Below, piece after piece: positions 1 to 13,697 of a DNA stretch of 64,000 bases. Every line of letters starts with the position of its first letter. Within the stretch, counting starts at the first letter, position 1. Both the position numbers and the translations under genes were made by a program. Under the pieces are notes generated by a model. It worked only from the letters and a program-made list of their open reading frames with translations, was not told where the DNA came from and did not search any database. Origin of the DNA: Podarcis vaucheri (lineage: Eukaryota); the NCBI GenBank assembly GCA_965113315.1, contig OZ220363.1; one strand, written 5' to 3'.

Positions 1-315
1 GTCGTCCCCTTCTCCTTGTGCCTCAATCTTTCCCAACATCAGGGTCTTTTCCAGGGAGTCTTCTCTTCTCATGAGGTGGCCAAAGTGTTGGAGCCTTAGC
101 TTCAGGATCTGTCCTTCCAGTGAGCACTCAGGGCTGATTTCCTTAGGAATGGATAGGTTTGATCTTCTTGCAGTCCATGGGACTCTCAAGAGTCTCCTCC
201 AGCACCATAATTCAAAAGCATCAATTCTTCGGCGATCAGCCTTCTTTGTGGTCCAGCTCTCACTTCCATACATCACTACTGGGAAAACCATAGCTTTAAC
301 TATACGGACCTTTGT
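1..315 (-). mobile_element. BovB (RTE-clade LINE) fragment, C-terminal ORF region, cut by window start
   Basis: Minus strand translates TKVRIVKAMVFPVVMYGSESWT..RRIDAFELWCWRRLLRVPWTARRSN..EKTLMLGKIE, the typical BovB/RTE post-RT sequence. Confidence 0.9.
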
Positions 316-1126
316 TATGTTGAGATTATTGTACTGCATTTCTTAGGTAGGAGTATTGTATCTCATTCCATATTTTCCTTAAACATTTTTGGTTTAAGAT
401 TATTAAAATACTAATTCTGCACCTGGGTGGTTGCCCACAATTTCATCTTTTTTCTTGATTGGGATGCAGCCCTCTTTTCTTTTTTCTTACCTTGTATCAG
501 CAGGTGAAGCGAATGTGTTTTCCTTTTTTCTAAGGGAAAATCCTAGGTTTCAGTTACATGGTCCTGTTTCAGATCTCATATCACGCACTCAAATTAATGC
601 TAGTCAGAGGCACAAAACTCTAATTTTAGTCCATTCATCATTCTCCTAATTAAGAGCCAGCTAATGAGTTGCCAGCTCAAATGCTTTACTTTCATTTCAT
701 GGTTCTTTCCTCTCCTTAAAGCTGCATAGGCTGAGACAGGCTTACGCCTGCTTCCTATGGAGCAATAATACGTCTCTTACTGTTTCCCCAACCATTCTCT
801 GTATGGAACCTTTACTTGATGATTAGCTTCAGATCGATGGCTTTTCTCCAGTGCAGCATAACTGTCTTATTTCTAGCAACTACGTGGCATAATTCCTCTC
901 CATCCACTTGGTTAGAAATCACTGGCTCTGCCATTGAAACAACAGTTTTGCTTGCTCACAGGATAGTAAATTGTAGCCAGTGGCTTGCACCGCTGTGAAT
1001 AAGAGATAAGGTGGATGGAGCACACAATAATTCCTAGCCTTGTGTGTTATGTGTGTGTGACACTGTCCTTCAGTAGCCATCTCAGAGTTTAGTATACAGA
1101 AGAGTCAACATGATTGTTGAACAATA

Positions 1127-1352
1127 GAGTGGTACCTTGGGTTAAGTACTTCATTCGTTCCGGAGGTCTGTTCTTAACCTGAAACTGTTCTTAACATGAA
1201 GCACCACTTTAGCTAATGGGGCCTCCTGCTGCCGCCGCACTGCCAGAGCACGATTTCTGTTCTCATCCTGAAGCAAAGTTCTTAACCTGAAGCACTATTT
1301 CTGGGTTAGCGGAGTCTATAACCTGAAACGTATGTAACCTGAGGTACCACTG
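1127..1352. mobile_element. Tc1/mariner(pogo)-type non-autonomous DNA transposon (MITE)
   Basis: Inverted ends (g)AGTGGTACCTTGGGTTA ... TAACCTGAGGTACCACTG flanked by TA at 1125-1126 and 1353-1354. Confidence 0.8.
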
Positions 1353-3179
1353 TAGTACAGTTGAACCTGATAGGTGATGTCTTTGTGGCTCAGAAGAAAA
1401 TGAAATACATCTTGTTGCTTTGTAACTTTTATAGAGATCTCCAGAGCTGATTGCCCCAACATTAGCCATTTTGGATCCCAGGAAATGGCTTGCATATTAC
1501 ACTTCTCATTTCTTCTCTGTTACAAACAGAAACCGTAGCTAAAATTATGTTGAGTGCAAGTAGGACACTGGCTGAAATCTTTTCCCAAGCCGATGTAACC
1601 AGGGTCCCTACCTGTCAATAGAGCCATTTGATATTGTATCTCATTTTTGTATGTTAACAGATGTCTGAGTCCTAGTGCAAAGTCTGTTGACTGGTTCAAT
1701 AAATTGATTGAGCTGTACAACCGAAGCTATCCGTTAAGGGCGTCCTTTTGTTTTCAGGCAGCTTTTACGTTTTTGTGAGGTTTTACTATTGATTTTGTTA
1801 GGGCTGTATTTCTGTATTGCTTTCCTCTTTGTTCTTGTATTGTGAGTAGCATTGTTCTTCTTGGAATTTTGAATTTTTGCTTTTTGATTGTGAGGCATCC
1901 TATTGGCACTGAAGGTATGGGATATTTTAAAAAATAGAAATAAATAAATATGTAAAGCCAGCTGCCCTGTTCAAAATGTGGCTCTTAAAGCAACTCTTAT
2001 CTGCTTTCCTGCCCTGGCAGAAGCACACCTGATTTCTTTTTTAAAATCAAGGTGGTTGTTTTTTATGTGAATGGATTGCCCAACATTGCACCTGTAAGGA
2101 AAAGAAAACTGTTCCCAAATTCACATGTGTGAGAGAGACATTCTCAAATGCATGCCCTCTGTTACTTTGAAACCATGACTGCTAAATGCTGCTGACTTCA
2201 TTAGAAAGCCTGGCCATCTGTGAAGAGGGTGGGTTGTGCATCCTAACACAGTGGCCCATGCAGCTGTCTGGAGAACAGCATTGCCCTGAGGTTTGCCTTC
2301 ACAGATAAAGAGGGACAACTGGGAATAGGTAAATTCCTTCTCTTGCAAATAAGCCAGCCGAAATGACTGATACTACACTTAAAGTCAACCTGCCTGTCCT
2401 CTTCAAAGGACAAGAAGTTTGCCACGATTCTAGCTTCTGCTTTTTTGGAAAACAGCAGCTATTCCCCATCCCTCTGACCCTGTCCTTCCCTCCTACATGT
2501 CCGCTTTCTAAGTTTTCCATCCATCCCAGCACCAGCTGTCTGTTCCATAGCAGAACATGCATAGATCCTTGCATGCATTCATGCACATGCACTCTGTGGT
2601 TTGGGGAACTAATCCAACTCTGGCATTAGGAAGGGGAATGGAGTAATATTACCCTAACCCCACACCCCACACACATCCCAAAAACCACACAGGAATTCCC
2701 CATACAAACCAAGCAGTTGTTATGCTGTAACAAAGTTGAGGTGATTGGGTAAGTGGGGCACTAGTCCTTGCCCCCAGTCCAGTGTGAATCAATAATATCT
2801 GTTGCTAAAGAGCATTCAGCCCAGACGTGACTTGCTTGGTAAGGGGAGAGGTTCCACTGTGTCAGGATCCTATTCCCCCTTCTAGGTGATCCACGCAGTC
2901 CAAGACGGCTTGCCCTATACTCCAAGAACAACTGCTGTGGAATACTATGGATAGCACGCAAGAGTTGGAGAGAAGGACCTACCTGTTTCCTAGCTTTGAT
3001 AAAGAGACAAGCTTGCAAACCTCTGGCCTGGAAGGGAGCTTCTGAACCCTTGAAAGCAAAACGCCATGGAGAAGATTTGTCATTTCTACAGAAGCAGTAT
3101 GGTGGCAAAAGCTACACTTGCTAGCCTTCATCCTGCCATTCAGCCACTTAAGATATTGGCGGTTTTCTTGCAATCTTGT

Positions 3180-3277
3180 TGTTGTTGGCATCCGTCTGTC
3201 TCAGTAGACAATGAAGGAAGTGCGCCTTTGAGGGTGAAGTCAAACCGCTGGAGGGTTACAGCGTCTGCTGTGGCTTG
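3180..3277. repeat. Interspersed repeat fragment, possibly an RTE-like LINE end; second copy at about 6767-6925
   Basis: Shares CATCCGTCTGT..GACAATG.AGGA.GTGC.CCTTTG.GGGTGA.GTCAA with 6767-6830. Confidence 0.5.
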
Positions 3278-3565
3278 GAAATCATAGCCTTGTTCGGAGA
3301 AAATGAGTCTGCTCTCTGTTTTTGATCAGAAGCCTATTGGAAAACAGTAAATGAAGGAACCCTGTTGGGAGGGTAGCCTTGCATTCAGATCTGTAGAGTA
3401 CATTCAGGCTGCATGGGCCAAATTGCCTTGAATTTTTCTTCTTGCCAGCACTCATTCTCACTCATGGCCTTTTTATCTCCAGGACGTTTCTGCCCTGCAG
3501 AACTTTGATATAATTATTCCCTGACACTCACCAAGTAAATCACAGCACCAGTGCTGTTGAAATAG

Positions 3566-3901
<336 letters not shown>

Positions 3902-5780
3902 TAGGACATGGTTTGAAATTTCAGCTGAAAGGGGGAAAATAACCTCAGAGATACAAAAGATGGGGATCCAGTGGCCTGCAGTGCCATTAATTAGCAAAGT
4001 AACTTTCATTTCCCCACATTGCACCACCGTAGCAGTTCCCGTAAGGAACCCGTTCTCAGACTTTGTTATATAGTCCTGTAGGGCTTCCCAGGTGTGCTTG
4101 TTTCTGTCCTTGGGGAAATGCAGAATGTTCCTCCTTCCCATGCCTGATACAAATGGGTCAGGGTTTGAAAGGCTGCAGAATGCTGAAGCGAGGTACTGAG
4201 AAGGGAATCCATGAGCCGTGGCTTCTTTTGATGCTTGCCAGAAACCAGCTGAGTCGAGTCCCTCGCATTATTTATTTTTGTCTTGTTTATCTTGTTAGTG
4301 AAATGCTCACTCATGCATAGGGAAGGCGGTGAAAGCTGAGAGGAAGCAGTGCAGAGAGCATGATAGGAGGGACACAAATGACTGAAGGGAGAATGTCTGG
4401 GTGCTTTTCTGTTCAGAAGCGGCAGAAGCGGCCCAGAACACATCTCTTGTCTCCTGACATTCATTTCTCTTTCTGTACTTTTTATTTTTTAAACATGCAA
4501 TCTTTTTGAACCCAGCCAACATACTTTAGGAAAGTCCCTTGCTGCATGCCTGGCACTGTGGCATATTCAGTCTTGTAGCTGGGACCAGGCATTCTTGATC
4601 TCTTCAAGGCCACAATGACTCCTCTTTTCCTGTAGGAAAAAACCCCAGCTTGGAAACCCCTTTTTTCCGTTTAGCAAAAGAGGATCACACATAGACCCTT
4701 GTCAAGTGTCGGTGATCCCCTTTGAAAGTGTAGGACAAGCGCCCACTTTGTTGTGGCATCGTGTGGTTAAAAAATGCCATGGCCACAGAAGAAGTCAATA
4801 GGGTCTTGTCAGAAGAAAATGGGGCTGTTGTTCTGTCTCTCTCAGCTTCATTTTTCATTGCTCTTGGCTGCAGTTCAAAGTAAACACGAAGTATAAAGGC
4901 TGGGCACGCAGTAATTTAAAACGAAAGGGTAACAGCAGGAAAGCAAAGCTGGTGGTGCCCTGAATCCTTTGCTGTGCAGGTGGGTTCATACCCTTCTACG
5001 AGATTTTTTACTGATGGCCATTTGTCCTGGGACATATTTAAAAGTGGTCTTGGTGAAAATATGCGCATACGCTTCATACAAAAAATTATGTGGAGCCAAG
5101 CCTCCATATACGAGTGTTAATCTTGCATTTAGTTAGAAGTGTGCTCTGCATGAAGGCAACTGAGTGCAATATTTAAAGCACTTGGTTTTCATTTGGCTGG
5201 GTTCCTATAACTGTCCAACATGAGAGAATTGCTCTTTAATTTTACTGGAAAATAAAACATTGCCACTTCTGAGGCATATTTAGGATTATTAGAGCTGTGA
5301 TAGCTAACCTGTGGTCTTCCAGATATTGGCATAGCCAATGAAGGGATTCACAGTCCATCAAAATACAGAGGGCGACAGATTAGCCATTGGGGAAAAAACA
5401 TGTGATATTGTCCTCCTCGAACAATACCACCTGAGGGTACATGTGTGCTGACTGCATATTTAAGTCTTTCTTTGCTGAAAAGCTCCCTCCTACTATGAAT
5501 GAAGATTTTAGCTTAGCGTTCTCTCAGTTTCTTATGAGCTGGGTGTTAATGTGGAGAAGTGTTCAGACATATGGTTCCTTTGATTGCTTTCTGAAATGAT
5601 ATGGTCTTTGTGAGTGCATAACTTCTCAACTGTGAACACAGCTCTGTAGATTGCAGTTGTGGTATTGCAATAAAAGACAAACGGAAAGTTTCCCAAGGTA
5701 GACTGTGTTCTTTCGGTTGTATATCAGTTGTTTACTGAAGTGGAATGAAGAAGTGGAACATAACTCTTTTCTCTTTCTGA

Positions 5781-5954
<174 letters not shown>

Positions 5955-8900
5955 TAAAATGATTACAGGAACTGGCCAACTTTTCCACTAAAAGGTAATG
6001 GTTGTACTACTGGTTGTAGTACAACCACTAAAAGGTAATGGTTGTGGTGGTGATTGTTATGGACTCCCCTAAGTTCAACATATGTGTTTAGCAAGCAAAG
6101 ACTCTTGAGTCCTGTGGGGGACTGCAGATGACCATATTACACACACCAATTGCAAGTCTGGTTTCTACCAGGCTCCCCAACAAGTAATGTCTACCAAAGT
6201 CCAGAAAGTGTGTGGAATAAAACTGCACTGGATTCGATGCAGTGCACTACAGATAGATCATCTATTTTGAATCCCTTTGTGATTTATGTTGGCTAGAAAC
6301 TTGCAGAACACAGGGTGAGATTGCCTGGAAATTATCCCTGTAAAGCTTCAGAAAGAGTTGTGTTCTCCATGCTCCTTCTGACATTTTCATACACTTCCTG
6401 GATAATTATTCTGCCTGATTGTACTTGAGGTTGTGGGCTAGGAAGCCAGATAGGGGGACGTGCTTCTGTCCAATTCTAAAGAGAATTTTTTTACATTATG
6501 CCATAATCCACTAATTCACAATCATGGTGAACGACATCTACATTTTGCATCTGGACGTTGGCTTACTGATCATGCAGCTTTTCAAAACTAAAACTCCAGT
6601 GAAAGCATTAATGATATATGTTATTACAAACTCATTTGCTTATGTAGCCTGAAGTGGCATGGCTCTCATCTCTATGGAATGCTCTAGGGTCTAGGAATGG
6701 GGGAATATAAGGAGGGTGTGTTAAGAGGGTGTGTTAAGGTTAAGGGGTACTTTAAGGTTAAAATATGTTGCCATCCGTCTGTTTCTGGAGACAATGGAGG
6801 AGTGCACCTTTGGGGGTGAGGTCAAGCTGTTAGATGGCTGCAGTAGCTGCTGTGACTATAGAGACTGATGCAGGAGAGACATGTTTTGTTGCAGTTGGGG
6901 CAGATAAAGGCATCTGGTTGTGCTGCTCCGGATGCACCATGGTGTTTCTTCTCTCTGAGTATGAGGAGTTCATACGTTAGTCCTTAACTTCAGCATGAGG
7001 TATTGCAAGAGTGTGGGCTGTACCCTGATCAATGTGTTTCATGAATCTGCTTGGTTTCCTCTGGCTTCTGCCTATCAATCCACGTGTCAGAATAAATGCA
7101 TGCCTGGTGTGTGGATTCCACCCTACTGTAGGCATTTTGTTTTGCATGAAGATGTTATCATAGCAGTTCAGTGGGCATCTGGGGTTGACTGACAGCTTTC
7201 TGGTGCGAGGACTTCCCAATGAAAAGGCTTATAAAGTTTTCCAGACTATGAATTTTAAAAGGACTCAAATTAAGGCTTTAAATAGCTGTCACTGTTGTAA
7301 ACTAGAAAGTAAAAATTAATGAGGCAGGCAGAATGTATTTAATGTGGCTCAGGCAGGAAATGCCACATCAGGCAGGTAGTACTTAATGAGAAAATCATCT
7401 TGAGTTAGTACCAAGTTCAGGGTTGTTGTTGTTTTAAATCACCCTTAGCCATAATTTTTTTGGTCCAAAGCTCTCCAGTGTCATTCAGCCTACTGAAAGG
7501 TTTCAGCACCAGGCTGCTGTAGATCATATAACCAGCAGCAGCATCACAAGTTTGAGAAAACAGGAATGCAGAATTGATCCAGTAATGGCAACATCAAAAT
7601 GGCTTTCTGTGTGGTGAACAAAGAAATGGCTATTGAAAATTAGAAAGGAATATGAAAATAATGATTTACACAGCCAAGACCCCTGTGCAAATTGGTTTAA
7701 AAGAAGCTTTTTGCTGGTGTAGTTCAAAAACTATTTTCTACCAGGCAATGAGCTTTTCATCCTTCCTGGATCCTGATTAGCTGCACACTAAAAGCTCACA
7801 TTTGATTGCAACATACAGTTAGAGTTAGATACTACTGTACTGGGATAATAGATAAGCATTTTTATTCTCCCATTCATGCATTTCCAACATATCAAATAGC
7901 TATCAGCTTTTCAGACTCCTGAGCCCTGCTTCCATGGTATAACACTGATCTGAAATCCAACTATGTCAGCAAGGAGAAAACTTAAGCTTTTAGCTTGTAA
8001 TAGTGAAACGGTGTTGGTTGATCACAAACTCTTACCAGCATAGAGAGCTATGCAAATATGCAGGGCTGGCTGTTATTGGGCAGAAGACACGTATTGCTTG
8101 CAGCATTAAAAACAGGCAGCTGTTTGTTTCTGTCTTCTTCCCACTCATAACTGGTGAAGTGCGGAAGTGACTGACAGGGCTATGGTCTGTTTTACCTCAA
8201 TTCTATACATCAGCCAAACCTATTAAAATTGAAGCCATAACAAACACATGTTCCAGCTTACATAAGCTTATATATAATGTTTTTTTAAGCTCTATCTCTC
8301 ATGTTTCATTTAGTTCTCAGGCTAGAAGGATGCTCTTTATTTCAGCTGCAGTCCATGAACCGTTTAAAGCAGCCACTGGATAGTTAACATCCCAGTGCAG
8401 TGGGATGTTGCAATGTGCAAGGCAAGGAGTGGGATAAGACTAGGTACAAAGGCCTTATGCTAATGCACACTTCGGTATCCTGTTGGTCCTCCAAATGCTT
8501 TTGGACTACAGCTCCTATTATAGCCCCACATCAGGGCTGTTGGGAGTTGTGGTTCAAAACATCTGGAAGGCATCAGGTTAGTGAAGGCTTTGCTCGTGCA
8601 GGATTGAGAGTCATCATGTTGCAACAGCAAACAGGGATTGCACAACAGTGCTGAGATGAGAAAGTCCTTGCACAGGTTTTGAGACGAATGAAGGGGGACA
8701 TGGCAGAGACTGGACAGGTGAATGGTGGTGCTACCCATAAGAACGAGAAGAAGGAGCTTGTACTAGTTTACATGCTAGTGCAGCAGCACTATAGGCTGGG
8801 TTCCTGGAAGTCCTTGTCCCATTGACACCAGTGGAATGAAGCTACCAGTTATTTTGTCTTAATGATCTTGTGGTATTATTATTATTATTATTTCTGGGTG

Positions 8901-11210
8901 GGAGGTATATGCATTAATGTTTGCCTGCCTTTGGAACTGAAAGTGTGGTTAATACACAGCAGTTTAAATGTGCTAAGGATGTTGAATGAATATTGAACAC
9001 ATATTCAGTTGTGAGCAAAATTCTCCTTTCTAACCCACCATTTAGTCCTCCTGACACCTGTTTTCATAGAATCAACCTCCTTTCTCCACTTCTGCGTGGC
9101 TTGTGGTTGGGCTGACTCTCAAAGTACATTCAAACAGCCAAGAAATCATATGGATCCTAACAGTGAATTTTCAGCTTGTCATTTAAGACTAGAATAGAGG
9201 AAGGAGACTATTTTACACTCCAGAAGGTTAGGATTACTAGATTGTGAATGTGATGGCATTTCAGAACCCTGTTCTTTCCAGCCACCAGGTTTAATTCTGA
9301 AATATTCAATATTTATTGCTCCTCCAGCTGCTCGCCAAAGACATGAAAATACTGTCTTTATTTGCATAGCCTGTTAGCAGAGAATAGTTGTAATAAAAGC
9401 AATGGGATGGAAACAAATTCACTTGAGCAAAGCATTTTTTTGTTTCCTGTGTGTCTGTTCTGTTCTGGTTCTTTAAACAACTCTCCCTCCTTCACTGAAT
9501 GTGCATTTCACTAAGAATCTCTGCTTGCTAGTAATGCTGCAAAAAACAGCCTTGTGTTATTAGTGAAGAAGGGATTCTTCAAGTATATATGAATATTTGT
9601 TTCTGAGGCAAGACTAAAATATATTTCCCTGCAAACAGGGGTCTTGAACCTTCTGAAGGATGGGGAATGCTTTTGTTTTAGACCCCACCCCTTTTAATAT
9701 CACTTAAATTGGAAAGGGGTTGCACTCTAGCAAATGTTTGTTAGGAAAAACAAACTCCTTCCCGTTTCCCCCAACACTCTATACCCTCTTTTCTTAAGGG
9801 GTTGCAGTGTGGGTCTATATATACTGCTCTCCCAACAATTTGCATGGTGGTGTGATTCTGATTGGCTGGCTTTGGCAACAGGTACACCAGAAGCATTTAG
9901 GGATCATCATGAACCCTGCTCCCCGCTGCACTGGCACAGAATTGCTTGCTAAGTTTTATCATGCTGCTAATGCGGTTTACATCTGCTGCCACTGGTAATT
10001 TGAAGACCACAGGCAGTGTCTTGAGCTTATTCAAGGGGGCAGGAACTAGTGGGAATCCCTGAGTAGCAGATTGGGAAAGACAGTGCACACAACCTTCTTT
10101 GGCCTCCACTTCTCCTCAGAATGCTTTCCACAAGCAATAATGAGCTCATTAATAGTATCTGCTGAACTGCTTATTAAGTGCAGTTTTGTAGAGGGGCTTG
10201 GGATGGCATCAATTAGCAAGCAGAAAGTACAAATATATGATGCTAATCCACATTTCAAGAATAATGACCATAGAAGGTCTTTCTAGCAGTTAATGCTCTG
10301 AGAACAGGAAACAGTCATTGAGGCTGTCCCAAAGAGGGAGAAAATTCAAATGGACAAAGGAACCACATTGCAACAGAACTAGTAATATACAGTTGAGCCC
10401 TTTGATGTTTTCCTTCCCAACTTAATGATTGCAGATCTTGATCTCAATGAGGGTATTTGCTATTGTTTGTAACTCAGTGCAACAGCATTATCTATTTGCG
10501 GTTTAATTTGCATCACATACCTGGCACTTGTTCTCTTGTGAATGTGAAGGCAATTTTTGAATGGCTGTTGCCCAGCTACGCTTGCCCAAAATAATCATTG
10601 TGTTTGATTGTTATCCTCAACCAATAGTAATCTTCAATTCTCCCAGTGCCAATCCAAATAGCAACCAAAATAGTCTCGCCTAAAAGCACAAGCAAGTTAT
10701 AAGAAGACCCTGGGGAACGCTGAGGTTTTCAGAAGTTTATGTGGAGTGGATCGGCTGGATCTCTATAAATAGAAGAACTCCACATTGCAGCATTTTGTTG
10801 CAGGTTCCACCTGGATATACTGATAGCCATCTCAGTGTGCCTAGCGCTGGTCCTCATGCAACTAAAACAGCACCAACCACACATAAGAGAGAGTTATCAG
10901 CAGACTTGGGGAAATCTCAAGAACTGGAGAAGTCCCCACCCCCCCACACAAAAAAAATTCTGTTGGGGAAAAACCTTTCAAGAGGCTGGGGGCAACTTCC
11001 CAAAACAATCTAATGAGAAGTGGGCATGGATTTTTTTTTATTTTGGTGTGTGAGGGGATAGAAACTTAATGGGAAGTGGGATTATAATGGAATCCCAGAA
11101 AAGGAGCAGTCCACTCTGCAACATTTTGTTTGCAAGCCCCACTTGCTTCCCTAATTCTGAAACATGTTCACTTGTGACTCTTGTCTACCAAAGTTCCAAA
11201 GATGTTTTGA

Positions 11211-11597
<387 letters not shown>

Positions 11598-11986
11598 TGA
11601 ATTCAATTCACTGTAGACCATTTTCCTGATCTGGAAGGCCATTGAGGTCATTAATTGAGCTCAAGGGGTTCCTGAGAACAACTGAGATAATTATGTTCCT
11701 GCTAGCCTACAATGCAAAACCTCTCCTTTTCTTTTGCGTTGATACATCCCTCCCTCACACATAATGCAGAATTAGATGGGCAAAATTACTTACTTTGTGG
11801 AAGGAGCTATTTTGACTGATTAAACTACTAGGAAAAAACATCCTCTGGGCTAGATTTGAAAAGCAATAGTTCTAGCATAGGGATTTTAGGGAACTGTTTA
11901 CCCTTTCCAAGTGTAATGTTTGGGCTAAATAACATGTTCTGCCAGCACATCACTTAAGTCCTTTGTGGACTTTCTGTGCAGCCTGC

Positions 11987-12117
11987 TTAGCTCACGGTGC
12001 TGAAGACGCCAAGGTTGCAGGTTCGATCCCTGTATGGGGCAGCTGCATATTCCTGCATTGCAGGGGATTGGACTAGACGATCCTCAGGGTCCCTTCCAAC
12101 TTTACAGTTCTATGATT
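11987..12117 (+). mobile_element. tRNA-derived SINE with CR1-like 3' tail
   Basis: Pol III B-box GGTTCGATCCC (12020-12030), degraded A-box TTAGCTCA, tail GGTCCCTTCCAAC..TTCTATGATT. Confidence 0.75.
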
Positions 12118-12243
12118 TGGAGCCTGTGTAATTCTAAATATTGTTGGGGTTTTTTAACTCAGTACAGCACTTGATCATTAACAACTGGAAGAAAATGTCC
12201 CCCTAGACCTTTTGAGTTGCACAGCCTGCACTACAGTGTAAAT

Positions 12244-12379
12244 CAGGCATAGGCAAACTCCAGCCCTCCAGATGTTTGGGACTACAATTCCCATCATCCC
12301 TAGCTAACAGGACCAGTGGTCAGGGATGATGGGAATTGTAGTCCCAAACATCTGGAGGGCCGGAGTTTGCCTATGCCTG
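12244..12379. mobile_element. hAT-type palindromic MITE, young copy
   Basis: 58-bp inverted arms (12244-12301 and 12322-12379, one mismatch), CAGG..CCTG ends, 8-bp TSD GTGTAAAT (12236-12243 and 12380-12387). Older related copies near 8478-8588, 24145-24230, 26074-26195, 33322-33447, 37796-37860, 38719-38785, 43604-43744. Confidence 0.9.
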
Positions 12380-12458
12380 GTGTAAATGGAAAGAGTTGCT
12401 CAAATCCTCCTCGGTGGCTTCTGACGTATTAATGGTCAGGATGAAGAGGCAGCTTTAA

Positions 12459-12605
<147 letters not shown>

Positions 12606-13514
12606 TAATGTAAAGGTGCTGGGGAGCAGCCTGTGACTTGTAGTCTTTGCATGGCCTAGAGGATTTGGATGCTGCCTGGTCCTTACCTCAACTGTTTTAG
12701 CAGCAATGTTAAGACCATTTGCAGTGGACTTGCCATCACAGTCCATTAAAGGCTGTGTGCATGTGTGTGTGTGGCAATTGTACTCTGAAAGCTGCCCTAC
12801 CAGCTCAGGGGAAAGGGCTAAGGCCACGAAAGGCTTCTTCCCACACTATACTCGGCACACAAGAATGCCTTTATTATCCTCATATCTTATGTAAATTAAA
12901 GTGCTTGTGCTGTTTACTTTTGTACTTCCAAGTTTGTGGATACATAGCCCAGTTCAAACAAAACTGCATTCCTGGCTTCTTAAACCATAGTTTAATAAGC
13001 CAAGAATGAGTCCCGCCCCCCCCCCATTTACCTCCCCTGCATATCACCTCATTCCTATAATTGATGCACCAAACATTGATGTCTGTAACAAGGAATGGTG
13101 CCTTAATGCTGATTTACTAACCAGGATTTTAGACCATGTTCAGATGAGGAACCCTCATTTAAGCTAACTATAGTTTCAGCTAAACGATGGTTTAGCAAGC
13201 TGGGGATGTATTGTGGCTGTATAAATATGTAATGGCATGTAATCCTGTTCTTGTAGACATAATCTCCTTTGGCCTGTCATTAGCGGAGGATGATTTATTG
13301 AGCCAATCCAATAGCGATCAGTAAAAGAATATATATTATTTATTTTTATTATTCACTTGGCACTAGAAACCTCAGAACCTTTTTTTACATACTGCAAAGT
13401 TTTGTAGTTGGCATTGTGGAAAGGCTTCAACTGAAGCAGAGGTGAAACTTACTCGTGCACTGATTCTTACTGAGTATAGGACAAAAAACAAACCCCATTC
13501 CTGAATGAGTATAG

Positions 13515-13697
<183 letters not shown>

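Noticed and set aside
11987-12040. Possible tRNA gene (B-box GGTTCGATCCC)
   Set aside because: No complete cloverleaf; it continues into a CR1-type tail, so it is a SINE head.
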